Shown here one piece after another: positions 1 to 14,385 of a stretch of 64,000 bases of DNA. The notes under the pieces are model-generated. The model saw nothing but the letters and a program-made list of their open reading frames with translations. It ran no database searches and was not told the DNA's origin. The DNA is from Eledone cirrhosa (lineage: Eukaryota). Numbering within the stretch: position 1 is the first letter of the stretch; each line of letters starts with the position of its first letter. Made by a program: the position numbers and the translations under genes. Location: positions 302,002,001 through 302,066,000 of the forward strand of contig OZ024743.1 of assembly GCA_964016885.1 (NCBI GenBank). The letters are read 5' to 3'.

Positions 1-301
1 TAATATTTAATTGTTTTTTTAACATTCTCGGTATTTTTCTATATATTTACCCCACATTGTTTTACTTATTGTTTCGACTCGCTCCCCCTCCCCCTCCCTA
101 GTATACTTCCTTGACCTCCTGCCCAGCTGTAGTTGGCACTATCAACGCACGACTGGGTTTCCTCCACCCCCTCTCCCTCTTTCTTCTACTGGCAGGGTCA
201 GCTACCCCTTCCCTCCACAAATTGCCATGATAGAATTATGTGTCTCAACAACAAACTTTTGACCAATCCTTGTGACAATCACTTTTACCATATATGGAAT
301 T

Positions 302-395
302 ACCCCCTGAAACTCGGCTATTCATATACCAGGATAAAAATGTTCATTCAGACCAGAATTAGCCGTCGAAACGGCTTGAGCTCAGCCGTCGTGGT
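302..395 (+). ncRNA. Degenerate type I hammerhead ribozyme, family A (PLE pseudo-LTR)
   Basis: ACCCC, then damaged core CTGAAAC, stem II CGGCTA...TAGCCG, GAAAC-GGCT tgagctc AGCC-GTC, then GTGGT. Homologous with flanks to 37429-37522. Confidence 0.6.
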
Positions 396-405
396 CCTAC
401 TCGTT

Positions 406-570
<165 letters not shown>

Positions 571-3340
571 TATGCCATTGTATATGCACGTAACTGAGGG
601 TATACATTGGTAACTCATGAATACGTTCCAAATGATGTGTGAAATGGAGTTGATATTTCCGTTTGTACAGTCGGATGCATGTATTTCTTTGTATGCATTG
701 GAATAATGCGGGCGAGGATACTGTGGTGGAGAGATGCGCCCGTTCCAAGTCGAATTATTAACTCTCACTCGGTCCAGTAACTACATTCTGTTTGGCAAAG
801 TCCGAAACATATCCCTGTTGCCTAGAGTTCTTGACTGAATGAACATGGCAAGAAACGTGTGTGAAGTTATAAGTTGTATACCTCACATGTGTTTTACAAT
901 TCCTTCCGACAGTTAGTCCTTTGCAGATGGTCCTCAAGTTCCTGTGCTGATTGAACTCCCGATGTCGGAGACGAAATCGTTGTAGGTGTAGAAGAAAAAG
1001 TAAAGTATGTGGAGGGAACGATTGTTCTGGATGCATTGGATGGAGAAGGAGCCGCAAAAGGGACAGGTATAACATCGGGAGTGTGAGCAAATCTCGCGTG
1101 TGTGTGGTTGGGTGAAAACATCGATAATAAATATTAATTTATTACCAATTAATGCAAACAAAATATTTCTATTATTATCACTAGAGAATTCAAACGAATC
1201 AATATGCTATCGATACTATCATGCATTTGTTCAAAAAGAAGAAGTCATTGCATATACATTTGCGTATATACTGGTGAACTAGGAATATTAAATCATCTGG
1301 TTTGACGACATATCGTCTGTACCATATCTATTTCCGAACCTAAAATATTGTCTGACACGTTTAGCTGTTTGGGAATGTGTACACATATTATTTTCTGTAG
1401 ATATCGTCTTAGATCTAAAGGAAGAAATATACATATATGTTGTTATGTCATGTTACATATACATTTCTCTATACAATGTCTACTATGTTATATGATGTGT
1501 TGTCGAAACAAAAGATCCATTGTCTGCATAATTTATAATATCGGAAACTGTAGTTTATTTTCCATTGATTTGCATGTCACGTTATCAAATAATCTTCATT
1601 CTGTATATCATTAGATGAAACGTAGTCCGGGGTGTCCTCTTATGACATCACTGAGTCAATTTGTTAATATCTTTATAAGATCGGGAACTGTTATACACAT
1701 ACCAGCCAAAGATGTATATCATTCGTTACAGAATATGTACGAAATATAAAGTAATTTTGATTATTTAGTATGAAATTCTCTTCTTCATTTTCTATATTTC
1801 TACTCTCTCGAAATTGTAATCATAACACGTTACATTATTGGAGGGCATAATGCTTTGAACATATATAGATTCACATGAACAGATCCAGTTTAGTTAATCT
1901 CTACCCCTGATATCTTGTATTTATCCAAAAATAATTAATCTAACGCAGGAACATCTACGGGGATATGTTGCTGTAATTTTACCTAACTAATTCAGACATG
2001 TCGAAGACGGCGAACTTCACGCATTCAAGCCACATCTACGCCGTCTTTCTTCTTTCGACTGCATCCAAAACACCAATATCCAATTTGTCTTCCTTCCAAT
2101 ATGACAACAGTGTTTCTTATTTCAATCACCTCCAGGTACTGCATTGTGCTTAAAGTCTTGGGTCATCCTTCATTTAATCAAAATAATCCAGACTATGTGC
2201 CTCAATAATACTCTACTTTGACCCTAAATAAAAGTCACTATGAACAATTCAATTCTATGTATGATGCATTAGAAGGAAATGTAATGCTTAAGTATTAAAC
2301 CTCTTTGATCATGTATATCTTCAATTATGAGTTGGGAAACAACAACATTTACATTTTGTGGTTTATAATTTTGCAAATATATTTCGGCAATATAATGCTA
2401 AAGCAAATATTATGTATTTTTCTTCACGTATTATGCCAAATTATTTCATTCATAATCAACAGCGATAATAGGAGTGAAGGTACACAATTGAAACACGTTG
2501 AATAAGAACTCTCATAAAATTACGTATCTAACAAAATATGATTAATGATATTAAATATATGAAAATTATATAATCTTTCAATCGTACCTACACGAACGTA
2601 CAATCCCACCGCAACGAGCTGTAAAAACAGATGTTTTGAGAGTTTTGTTTCCTCTCTTCAAAGATATGTTACTACAGGACATTTTACATATCATAATAGC
2701 ATCGTACACGAGAGCGACTACTGATGGAAAGAAGTCACAACTTATTTGGCTTAGTTTTAAATTCTGCAGTCATTAAATCATACACCATTCTATTTCAAAT
2801 GGGATATATTGAAAATTGTTCCCTTAGATGGACTGTCGTAAATAAAGAAAGCGTGGTCACGAGTCTTATATCAGATCATTCAAAAATATTCGAAGTTAAA
2901 AATAAATTATATCAAGATATGATTTGATAACATATTATTTCTTCTGCAAACTATACTTTTCTACAACATCCACATGAATCAATATTATAGAAAGAAACCA
3001 AACTATATGCTGCCAAGAAAATTCAAATGGTAAGGAAACATTAATACAGACGAATAGATACTTTAGAATAGCGATTATTTTCTCCGCTTCAAAATAGACG
3101 GAAATAGTATTCCGTGTCGGTTACAATCCGGGCAGAATTATTCGATTGTTGCCTTCATATACCTATCATATTAGTTTTAAACATTAAACTTACAATATTA
3201 AAATATCTTTACTTTTACTTGAAATGCCTGTCTTATTCCATCTGCTGCACTATCAATATCAAATTGACATTAAATGGATATTACAAATTTCGCGCTTAGG
3301 ACAAACCTATTATACTGATTCATGTGATATTGTATATTAC

Positions 3341-3389
<49 letters not shown>

Positions 3390-3449
3390 TATGTATACGT
3401 ACATAGATATATGTATACAGACGAACAGGAGTATGTATATACATACATG

Positions 3450-3489
<40 letters not shown>

Positions 3490-3501
3490 GGGACGAGGAG
3501 G

Positions 3502-3545
3502 ACCCCGACGGCTGAGCTCAAGCCGTTTCGACGGCTAATTCTGGA
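3502..3545 (-). ncRNA. 3' half of family A hammerhead
   Basis: Reverse complement reads tagccgtc-GAAAC-GGCTtgagctcAGCC-GTC-GGGGT; the CUGA core is missing. Confidence 0.6.
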
Positions 3546-3630
3546 CTGACTCCAGTATCGTCTTCCTGTTTTCCTTAGGTTGCAACGTTTTTCGAAATAT
3601 TTACTTCTGCGTTCACAGATTGACTGTTTT

Positions 3631-3681
3631 AGTTTCAGAAGTTCCCGTTAAGGGTGAAAGCAACGATTATTTGCTTAAACT
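3631..3681 (+). ncRNA. Family B hammerhead-like motif (core CAGAAGT here)
   Basis: AGTTT-CAGAAGT-tCCCgttaaGGGt-GAAAGCA...TGC-TT-AAACT within the dispersed repeat at 3555-3700. Confidence 0.5.
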
Positions 3682-3702
3682 TTAATCTGTTATTGTAATA
3701 TA

Positions 3703-3752
<50 letters not shown>

Positions 3753-3758
<6 letters not shown>

Positions 3759-3875
3759 ATACACAACATAAGGCAATTATTCCATTTTATGTTGTTTATT
3801 ACATAATTATTAAGCTCTGTTACCTACATAGAGCACTCTTTTTTCCTGGACTTTTCCGACGGAATTACTTCATTT
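3753..3875. repeat. Family H pseudo-LTR fragment with fold-back junction
   Basis: Matches 53790-53898. The inverted arm 3753-3786 ends at the base following the predicted family H cleavage site. Confidence 0.6.
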
Positions 3876-3915
<40 letters not shown>

Positions 3916-4415
3916 GGGGGGGGGGGTATGTGTGTATGTTTGTGTGTGTGTTGTCGAATTTGCTAAACACCGGAAATGTCCCTAAACAAATTAGTACTCG
4001 AGCAGTAATGGGATGCACATTTACAATACCTAGGAAGACAGTATTCGACCAAGCGATCCAGCGGTTACTTCTCGTCACTTGACTCATACGCTCGTGTGTG
4101 AAGTCATGAGCGGAATCAATGTGAGCTCACGGTATAATATGTGGCCGCATATGTATACATGTTATTAATCCATGACAAATGTTTCAATATCGATCATTGT
4201 TCCCTGAGCTGATCGATGTTGAGATAATTCACATAAGCAAAGAAAGTTTATACATATGCTGTAACACTACATTCCACTCAGTTATTTACACTTTGTACAC
4301 TATAGGCGCCTTAATTATGGAATAAATCTCAACACGAGTTTTAAGTGATTTCAACACCGCGCCGAAACTGCTACCGAGTTAGCTAACGCTCACACACAAA
4401 GATATATATATATGT

Positions 4416-4852
4416 GTCGATTCGACTTCCATGTACGTAAATACTCATCTTTTTCCATTTCTCCGAGGGTTCTTAAACCCCACTATCAGGCTAAATCATT
4501 GCTTTAATTTCTTTAGTCAAAATACGGCGATAGCTTACATTTCTAATAATTTCAAACCCACTCGCTCTTTCGAAAATATTCTTACTTGACATTACAGTCG
4601 CTAAGTTTATTGCTTCTAATTTGAATGAAAAAAGACGGGTGATGTGTTGGTGTAAATGGTAGCACTGTGGTCTGTATAACCAACGATGTGGGTTCGACTC
4701 CCATGTACGTCCATACTCATCTTTTTCCATTTCTCCGAGGGTTCTTAACCCTACTATCAGGCTAAATAATTCTTTTATTTCTTTAGTCAAAATACGGCGA
4801 TAGCTAACATTTCTAAAAATTTCAAACCCACTCGCTATTTCGAAAATATTCT

Positions 4853-4856
<4 letters not shown>
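4416..4856 (+). repeat. ~272-bp tandem repeat (about 1.6 units) carrying a tRNA-like head
   Basis: atactcatct... occurs at 4441 and 4713, with about 150 bp of near-identical sequence following each. Confidence 0.85.
4641..4712 (+). pseudogene. tRNA-like cloverleaf (GTA anticodon, Tyr-like); probable SINE head or tRNA pseudogene
   Basis: Acceptor gatgtgt/gtacgtc (many G-U pairs), D arm GTGT..GCAC with box A TGGTGTAAATGGTA, anticodon loop CTGTATA, T arm GTGGG-TTCGACT-CCCAT (box B). Confidence 0.6.
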
Positions 4857-4887
<31 letters not shown>

Positions 4888-5018
4888 AAATCATACACAA
4901 AACGCCAGCACCAACAGTTTTGCAAGAGATCTCAACATGAATGGAAATGTTATTTTTATCTAAATACATTTTTTCCAATTCCACCACGCCCGTCCACTCG
5001 ATCTATTTCATTTCTCAT

Positions 5019-5060
5019 GTTTTCTTCTGATGAAGGACTAGCATCCGAAACATTAAAACC
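5019..5060 (+). ncRNA. Minimal hammerhead-like motif, family I (degenerate)
   Basis: CTGATGA-a-GGA ctagca TCC-GAAAC-ATT. The homologue at 60498-60525 has GAAACGTT and shares about 70 bp of downstream sequence. Stem I is poor. Confidence 0.5.
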
Positions 5061-5166
5061 CTATTCCTGCTATATCAAGCGTTAACCTAATATATACCTT
5101 CTATATAGTGTACCGATTGTGTTGTTATTTGTGCTTACCTTTTACATACATACACACACAGACACC

Positions 5167-5240
<74 letters not shown>

Positions 5241-7853
5241 CAGACACACAAGATAAAGGGAAATATTCCTCCAGAGAAACCACCGTTAAGAAATTTCCCT
5301 TGTATTTATCTATTACATTTACATATACCTCTTTTTGACAAGTGTAAAACCCCCCTCTCTAAACGACCCCTGTAAATCTGTTTATGCCTGTTTTGTATTT
5401 TTATTTACGTTTTTCATTGCTTTATTCTGGTTTGTATCTTCAAACCTTCAGAATAAACTTGAACTTTTCACAAAATGGAGACCCACATAAACACACACAC
5501 ACACACACCCACCTACAACCAGACACGACAAGATAAACAAAAAAACAAACAACCATCCTTGAAACATAACCACACCAAAAACAATCCTTCCTGATTGAGA
5601 TACATTTCTCTTTTTATTTCCATATTTGCCTTTGCATTTTCAATAGATCCTTCTATCAATGTTTTCAATAGCCATTCCAGCTATTTTTAGATATTTAATT
5701 GACTTTTTCATTTCCTTCTAATTGCTAGCATTCTGCCAAAAGCAGAAGCAATTATTGCTAATACGATCAGTATAGTTAATCTAAAATCTATATCTTATGA
5801 TACTAATAACTTCCAGTATTCAGCTTATTAGTATTATAAGTATTGCACTCATTAGATCTTCCCACATAACTAAATGAAGTAAATGCATCAATTTCATTAT
5901 TTCTGCATATACATAGCTGTAACACCTTTGCAGACTTTCACGTTAAGCCGTTATGTCTTCATATACGTACATTCTATATTTGCTTGCAATTTGTTTCAAC
6001 GATATCTACGTCCGCGGGTGGTAATACGTTTCAAACATTCCATATAAGAATAAAAACAGAAATTGTTCACATGACGTTTTAATAAGTGGTAAAAATATAT
6101 ATTCTGTTTTGCTAAGATGCATTTCATTTTCAAATTTCACTAGCGCAATATCCTTCGAAGTAACACCCACAAAAGCTGGTCAAGTAAGTGTTCATGTGCA
6201 ATTCATTTGCAAGAAGCAAACAGGCGTATGCCAGTTAAGTGTGCTATCTAGATCAGGGTTATACCTGTTTTGCTGTATATGGGAGAGGCATTACTTTGGT
6301 GAGTGTATTCACAACAGTTCCATGTGTCACTGAATTAGTGTTTAGTTATTTGAGCAGAATTTTAATCGAGGATGATCATTTTTAGTGAGTGGAGCAAGAA
6401 ATACTCAGAGAAACGTATTAAATAAGTTATATTTCATAATGGTGCACATATATATTTATTGTGAGGCAACGAACGTTCCGTCCATTTTTCATACGATTAA
6501 TGCGTTTGGATAATGAATCTGATCAGGTTTTTCTTGAATCATAGGAGAAAGGTTAAAACATTACTATTTTGTAAGAACGTTTTCGGTGAAATTGTAGTTT
6601 CAGTTAATGCGTGTGAAAATCTGATTTTCATTAACAATTTTCGAGTGAACCGTGATAGACAAAAGATTAATTAAATCAATATAACGCGTTCCTTCGTCTT
6701 ATGGCGCAACCATGATGCACAACAACATTAATATGGTATGGAGCCGTGTTGGGTCCTGCTGAGATCGCCCACTCTCACAGAAAACGTACGTTTGAAATTT
6801 TACATTAAGCATTTATTAGGAAATCATACCAGTTTCCCCATGTCACTCACACCAGAAGTCATTAATTGTATCAGTTGCAATAAAATCGCTTACGATCTTG
6901 ATAACAGTTACAGGAAACAAATGATATGTCGTTTGGAATAGATTTTTGTTAACTTGTTCATTATGCAACATATATATATATATATATAACCGGTCTGAGA
7001 ATAATCTGCTCTTTACAACTGAGAGTAAAAAAGTTCATAGATTTTGGGAAAGTGATACACATTATTAAATAATGGGTAAAGACGAATACTTGCCTTGTAA
7101 GTGAGGCCAAGACGGGCTCCGCTCACCTCCATCTCTCCCTCCATCTGTCTCTCTTTCTTGATTTCACTGTCTTTCTTTAACATATTTCCTCTGGAAATCT
7201 TGTTACATTTTTCCTTCCTTTTCTTTTCAACGTGCTTTCTGAAACTTCTTCAGCTACCCTGTCCCTCATTCACAACTTTTTTGTCGATCACTACCTTTCT
7301 TTAAAAGAGACAAGCTGTCTATATTTGATGTACCCTACAAATACTTGGATTGGTGAAAGTCTCTATTTTTCTTCCCTTAGTGCGCTAACATTTGCATGAA
7401 TTCCGTATCATGACCGATTTGAAGATGTATTCATTGTATTATTATTTGTTTAGATACTCGCATTGTTAACCAATTCGGAAACACTCTTTTGTATCATTTC
7501 CATCTATGTTGATTTGTTGTCTTAAATACATATTCCAAGTGGCTCATGCAATCCATCATACAGCCTGGACTTCTTTTGATGCAGTTTTTTTCTTAGGCAC
7601 CAAACAGCTTTGCCTAGTGGCCGACAAGAATGTCAGATGTTTTGGCTATTTTCCCCATGGCTTTCGTTTTCCGATGTGCAGCATAGCTTGTTCAGAAATA
7701 TTCTAGTATGAATATACTCGGGAAAATGTAATAAAGTTATGCTGCAACAAAGCAACAACTACAATACATCTGCTATAGTGAAAAGAAGTGTTACATTTAA
7801 CATAACGTCTTAAAAGTGTGTTAACGAGAGAGAAAGAGTAAGATACATACACA

Positions 7854-7889
<36 letters not shown>

Positions 7890-7896
<7 letters not shown>

Positions 7897-8815
7897 GTGA
7901 GGTTTTTTTACAAAATGAAAAATAACCGAGGTGTCCTACACGAGTGAAAGTATAAAGAAAAAAAGATAAAATCGAAAATGCAACTGGAGTCTTATTTTTT
8001 TTAAAATATATATATTTATTTGGTTCCTTTACCGGTTTCGCAGTTCTTCTGCTTTTCAAAAGGTGAGTTGAGATGGAGGGTCTGTGGTTTTTCTCACATC
8101 TGGTTGGTCTCTGAATATTACTTGTTTTATATGGAAAAAAGTGGCTCGAAATGCCAGGTTTTTAGAGAAGTGATTTGATTGGTTGGTCAATAATTATAAT
8201 ACATTTCGCACCAGTTCGCGTTACAAAGTTCTTCAAACAAATGAGGGGGGGGGGCAGGTTGATTTTTTCATATATGTGTGTTTGAATTTACTTTTAATTA
8301 AAAAAAGGGGCACACGAAGGCTTTTTTTTAATAAACGTAATTTGATTGGTTATAAATGAAATTATGGCCGTCACGTGAACAAGTTTTCATTACATTTTCG
8401 CGCCCTTATTTGGAAATCTATTCTGTAGCCTTTTTAGAGAATTTTATGACAAGCAACAGATAATGGTCAAGAGAAATGGGATGGGAGAATTGTCCTTGTT
8501 CAGTGAATATCCTTAGTTCGTTGGGGTGTCAGAATTCAGATTTTCTATTGAATAAAGAAAGTAAAGATATGTATGTTTATCTGTGTGCTTGTGTGTGTGG
8601 GTGTGTGTGTGGGTGTGTGTGTGTGTATGTATGTGTGTGTGTGTTGAATTTACTTTTACTTAAAAAAAGGGGTTCACGAAGCCTTTTTTTTAATAAGCGT
8701 AATTTGATTGGTTATACATGAAATTATGGCTGTCACGTGAACAGGTTTTCATTACATTTTCGCGCCCTAATTTGGAAATCTATGCTATAGCTTTTTATAG
8801 AATTTTCTGACAATC
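7890..8815 (+). repeat. Dispersed repeat with internal duplication; copies at 55165-55580 (+) and 55620-56292 (-)
   Basis: Long near-identical stretches, e.g. ggttcctttaccggtttcgcagttcttctgcttttcaaaagg. 8280-8450 is repeated at 8640-8812. Confidence 0.85.
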
Positions 8816-8859
<44 letters not shown>

Positions 8860-9093
8860 GCGTGTATATGTGTGTGTGTGTATTGTGTGTGTATGTGTGT
8901 GTTGGTGTGCTGGGGACATAGGCATTAGCACGTTATTTTCCTGCCAGTGGCATATCAAACATATACATTTTCATCTGAGGATACCATTCTAATAATCAAC
9001 AGCAAATGCATGAAGGTCATCACGAAAGCCTGGAGAACCGTGGACATAATTATCATGATTAAACGAGATATGTAACCTCTTTATCTTATTTTG

Positions 9094-9148
<55 letters not shown>

Positions 9149-9174
9149 GAAATATATGGATATATATATATATA

Positions 9175-9992
9175 TATATGAGAAAAATGGAGCGCTGCGT
9201 GGTTGCACATGCGTCACATATGAATACAATTAGTCCTTCATCAGTTATCTTCCAACTTTCATTGGTATTTCGTCGTTTTAAAAATCATATACCTCTAAGG
9301 GAAGAAGCAGAGAGTGAGTGAGTGGAAGTGTGAGGAAGAGACCAGCAGAGAGAGAGTGTGTGACTGGCAGAGGGGGTTAAACAGAGGAGAGAGAGTAAGA
9401 AAGAAACATACAATGGCAGCTGAGGTAAAAATATGAATATGCGAAAACATGGAGCGCTGCGTGGATGCACATGTGTTACATATGAATATGAAGAACTAAT
9501 TTTATTCATATGTAACCCATGTGCAACCACGCAGCGCTCCATGTTTCTCATATTTATATTTTCCTCAGATGCGATTGTCTGTTTCTTTCTTACTCTCTCT
9601 CCTCTGTTTACCCCCTCTGCCAGCCACACTCTTTCTCTCTGCTGGTTTCTTCCTCAAACTACCACTCACTCACTCTCTGCTTCTCCCGCTCTCTCCCCTC
9701 CTACCGTTTGGCCTGTGTGAAATCCTTTTCTCGCTCACATCTCAACCATGCCGGATGTTCTGTATCTCTCGGCCATGAATTCACGAATCTTAAGCTTACA
9801 GATGTCATGTGCTTGTCTCTTCCTATATTTCCGTTGCCATAGCATCGTTGTTTGTTTGCATGTCTCGCTCGTTTCACCCTAGTTTACTTGTCCCAATAAC
9901 TTTATTTGTTATTGCTCGCACCAACTAAAGGTATAGGATTTTTAAAGCGATGAAATACCAATGAAAGTCGGAAGATCACTGATGAAGGACTA

Positions 9993-9994
<2 letters not shown>
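9175..9994. repeat. Fold-back element: ~390-bp hairpin (9301-9690) plus a ~500-bp unit with a CTGATGA remnant
   Basis: 9301-9488 is the reverse complement of ~9503-9690; 9229-9298 is the reverse complement of 9925-9994; CTGATGAAGGACTAAT at 9979. Confidence 0.85.
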
Positions 9995-10073
<79 letters not shown>

Positions 10074-10431
10074 GAGAGAGAGAGAGAAAAATAGAGAGAG
10101 AGAGATAGTAAGAGAGAAAGAGAGAAATGGTGAATTACTTTTACTACATATTTTATTTCCACAAATTAGGAGTAAATAATTCATTGTGGTAGTGTCAATA
10201 ATCTCGTAACTTTATTCGATAGAACTTGCTTTGTTGTATGTATGTAATTAAATATTCTATATATTATGTGATTGCATTGTCTCAAAAGTTGTATCTGGCA
10301 TAATAAATATTCGTAATGAATAGTTTTCGATATCCGACCTTCAATCGTTATTCAATAGAATTTCCTGCACATACACTTAAGCGTTAGATATGAAATGATA
10401 TCACTCATATCCACAGACACACACACACACT

Positions 10432-10487
<56 letters not shown>

Positions 10488-10523
10488 TATATATATTTGC
10501 TTAAACTTTAATCTGTTATTTTA

Positions 10524-10564
<41 letters not shown>

Positions 10565-10569
<5 letters not shown>

Positions 10570-10996
10570 TAAAATAACAGATTAAAGTTTAAGCAAATAA
10601 TCGCTGCTTTCACCCTTAACGGGATCTTCTGAATCTAACAAAGTCAATCTGTAAACGCAGAAGTGGATATTTCAAAAAACGTTGCAACCGGAGGAAGACA
10701 GGAAGACGATACTTTCTTCATACCATTACTTATTTGCATAGCGAACGTTTCCACGATCCAAAGTATCGTCTTCTTGTCTTCCTCCGTTTGCAACGTTTTT
10801 TGAAATATCCACTTCTGCGTTTACAGATTGACTTTGTTAGTTTCAGAAGATCCCGTTAAGGGTGAAAGCAGCGATTATTTGCTTAAACTTTAATCTGTCA
10901 TTTTAATAAATATTTGCTCTACGGTTCTTATATATTTGATATATATTTATCCTTATCGAGCCCTCTTTGGATCTTAGTCTTCAAATTTATTATTAT

Positions 10997-11000
<4 letters not shown>
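10565..11000. repeat. Inverted pair of family B pseudo-LTR segments, each with a hammerhead-like motif (10586-10636 minus, 10839-10889 plus)
   Basis: 10565-10712 is the reverse complement of 10764-10910. Confidence 0.9.
10839..10889 (+). ncRNA. Family B hammerhead variant (CAGAAGA core)
   Basis: Stem I AGTTT/AAACT; core CAGAAGA; stem II tCCC-gttaa-GGGt; GAAA; stem III GCA/TGC; triplet CUU. Confidence 0.6.
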
Positions 11001-11054
<54 letters not shown>

Positions 11055-11253
11055 TGAGATAAGCAAATCAAACAAACATTAAACAATTACTTAAATAAAT
11101 TAAAAAATGATTTAAATATTAATATTTCTTTGTTCTGCTCATCTCAATTTTTATAGTTCTGTTATCTCGAATTAGTACCATAGAACAACAATTATATTAT
11201 AGACACCCTATATATCTCTATGGGTCCTTAGTACTCAGAGGGATATTTACCTC

Positions 11254-11777
<524 letters not shown>

Positions 11778-13139
11778 GATGTGTGTGTGTTTGTGTGTGT
11801 GTGTGTGTACGTAAATAATATATTTATTGCTCTAACTCGTCTACTACCCTATGCTTCAGCCAAAAAAAAACGTCCTCACCCACCAAATTCGTCTTATCAT
11901 ACGCAGAGCTCTCAGTCTCCTAGACATGGCTTGCGCCCATAGGCTCGACAGGTGTCCTATGTATATACATATATATATATATATATAAATTAATAAAAAC
12001 AATGAAATAAAAACAAAGAACAAGCCTCCATATTAATTTCCCTATATTAAACAAATTAATCATTTTACGATCGTTTCTGGGATGTATAAAATGATGATTT
12101 TTTTTTAATATAAGGAACTTGTTCTTTGTTTTTGTTTCATTGTTTTTATTAATTATCTTGACTCTGTTTTCCTATGATTTATATCGAAAATGTGTGAATG
12201 TATTTTCTCTTTTCATGATATTCGGAGTTCTTCATTTGGAGTTCTTCATACGTATTGGACACTACCGTATATTTGGTAGATTTATCTATACATATATATA
12301 TATATTTCGTTTCTGATATTGTTATGCTTGGGGGGGGGGGGGGCATGCTGCCAATAAGAAACACACGCTCCAGTTGCTTGCAATTCCAATTTATTATAAA
12401 TTAAATTTATAAATTTAAGAATTTATAAATTTCCGGTTGGTTGGTTGGTTCCACAACCGGACGGTTGTTCATATATTGTGAAAGTTCTTTCGTCACACAT
12501 TATGTGACCTCTTGAGTGACTGGGGATTATTTCCTTTGTTGTGTGCCTCTCCTTTGTTCTGTCCTACGCCATCTTGTTTGTGTGTGTGTTGTGTGCTTAG
12601 TTTGCGCATGCGTTACATCCGGGTGTATGTGCGTGTTTTTATGTGTTTATTTATTTGTTTATTAACATGTTACTGGTTGGTTGTTTGTTATGTGTGTGAG
12701 TGCGTTTTCATTTTGTCCTTAATTGTAAGTTGTGATGTTGCTATTCCATTCATGTTTTCTATTTAATGTTGGTTGGAGTTCATTTATGTTTATTGCCTCT
12801 CTGATTTGTCTAAACATTGCGTCTTTTCTGTGTGTAGATTCTATTGTTATTTCTATGTTCTCTAATTTGCCCTTATGTTCTATTTTAGCATGTTGGGGTT
12901 GTATTGATGATTATTTTGTTTATCTTGAAGCTGTCGCCGGTGTTCATTTAACCGTTAGACTATACTACGAGCTGTCTCACCTATTTACACTATATTCTAA
13001 TATTTACTTTGTCCTTAAGTACATCGTATGCTATATACTACATTTCTAGTGTTACAGTTAATATGGGGGCTTAGTTTACAGATTATGCATTTCTCATCTA
13101 TACAGGAGGTCTTTGAAAAGGGTATGTATTGCTAATAAG

Positions 13140-14385
13140 TGTTTTTATGGAGGTACCTGGTCTTTCTACTATATAATATTAAGTTTAAGTTTATCTAGGG
13201 CCCTTCTAAATGTGTAAGCTAATTCACCTCTAGGGGTTGTATTGATGAACATTACACTCTGGTAATTATTCCTATCATACCATGAGTTTATTCTATTAAC
13301 CTTATTTCGAATTCTTTCTATTCTATTCCAAAAGTTGCTCCTATACAAGGGGCATGTCCCATTTGCATCATTATTTACCATTTTTCCCATCTGGCTCTGG
13401 CTCCTCTATATACTCTGATTTTATCACTCTGATTGTAACCAGAGAACTGCATACGGTGGATGAAGTGTTTTATGTGTCTCTCTAGTTCCTTGGGGTTGCA
13501 CATGCGGGACATGTTACGCATCACCCGTACCAATCCTCAATCAGTATGTTCATTTTGGTGTGATCCGAAACAGCTGAGTTTCGGTGGATCAGATATTTGG
13601 AAGTCATGGGTTTGGCATAATGAGAATGGAGGATGTGTCTCTTGTTATTAATGGTTTTTAACCAGAGCTATGTGTCTAGTACAGGTAATCAATGGTTGGG
13701 GTGTTTCCTTGTGTAGTCTATAGTAACTCTAATACTCTGTTGGATGGAGTTAGCTATTTGCTGGATGCTTTCCATGGTGTTTTTCTCTAGTTCCTGACTG
13801 TTCTCTAGTGGGGGTGTTTTTACTATGCTGTTTATATCATCAAAGTAGCGGGAGTACATTATCAGGGTTAAGAGGTTGTTGTCTTATAATTGTTCTCTCA
13901 GTTTAAGTTTAAGTTTATTATTCCACCATACCATGAATAGGTTAGCTATGTCACCTGCAATGCTAACACCAATGGCTGCTCCCTCCTCCTGGGCATATGT
14001 TTTTGCATTAAATTTGAACATATGTTCCTTAAGGGTTAGTTTTATACTGGCCCCCACCGCATGTGCAATCATTTTGTTTAGTTCATCATGAGGTTCGGGT
14101 GCTGTATGTCTCAGGTCCACCCGTTCCACCTTTCTGTGTGGGTTTTCCTGGCCATTGAGGTAATGGTAGATGGTCTGCCTCTTGCTGGTCTTGTAGGGCA
14201 GAGGTTGCTAATGTCATACGTGTCTAGATAATCTTTAATATAGGTAAATTTAAGTAGGGGTCCCAGCTCACTGGTATCAATCCCACGGAATTCAACATTG
14301 CTCTCGCTGATCATTTCTACGCATTTCTCCACAGCAAAATCCACTAGAGGCCAATACATCGCTATGATCTTTTCCCCCAATCAAA
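13140..14385 (-). pseudogene. Penelope-like element reverse transcriptase, disrupted
   Basis: LKEHMFKFNAKTYAQEEGAAIGVSIAGDIANLFM, then after a stop an in-frame MYSRYFDDIN catalytic motif; thumb-like SVMFINTTPRGELA; frameshifts and stops. Confidence 0.8.

Noticed and set aside
590-1121. Coding-looking minus-strand stretch (S/T/P-rich ORF 894-1121)
   Set aside because: No recognisable domain, stops in all frames, no convincing splice sites; would need RNA-seq or BLASTX.
1996-2135. Possible + strand exon (ttcag|...ccag|gtactg, open frame MSKTANF...)
   Set aside because: Short, with no recognisable homology or partner exons; compatible with chance.
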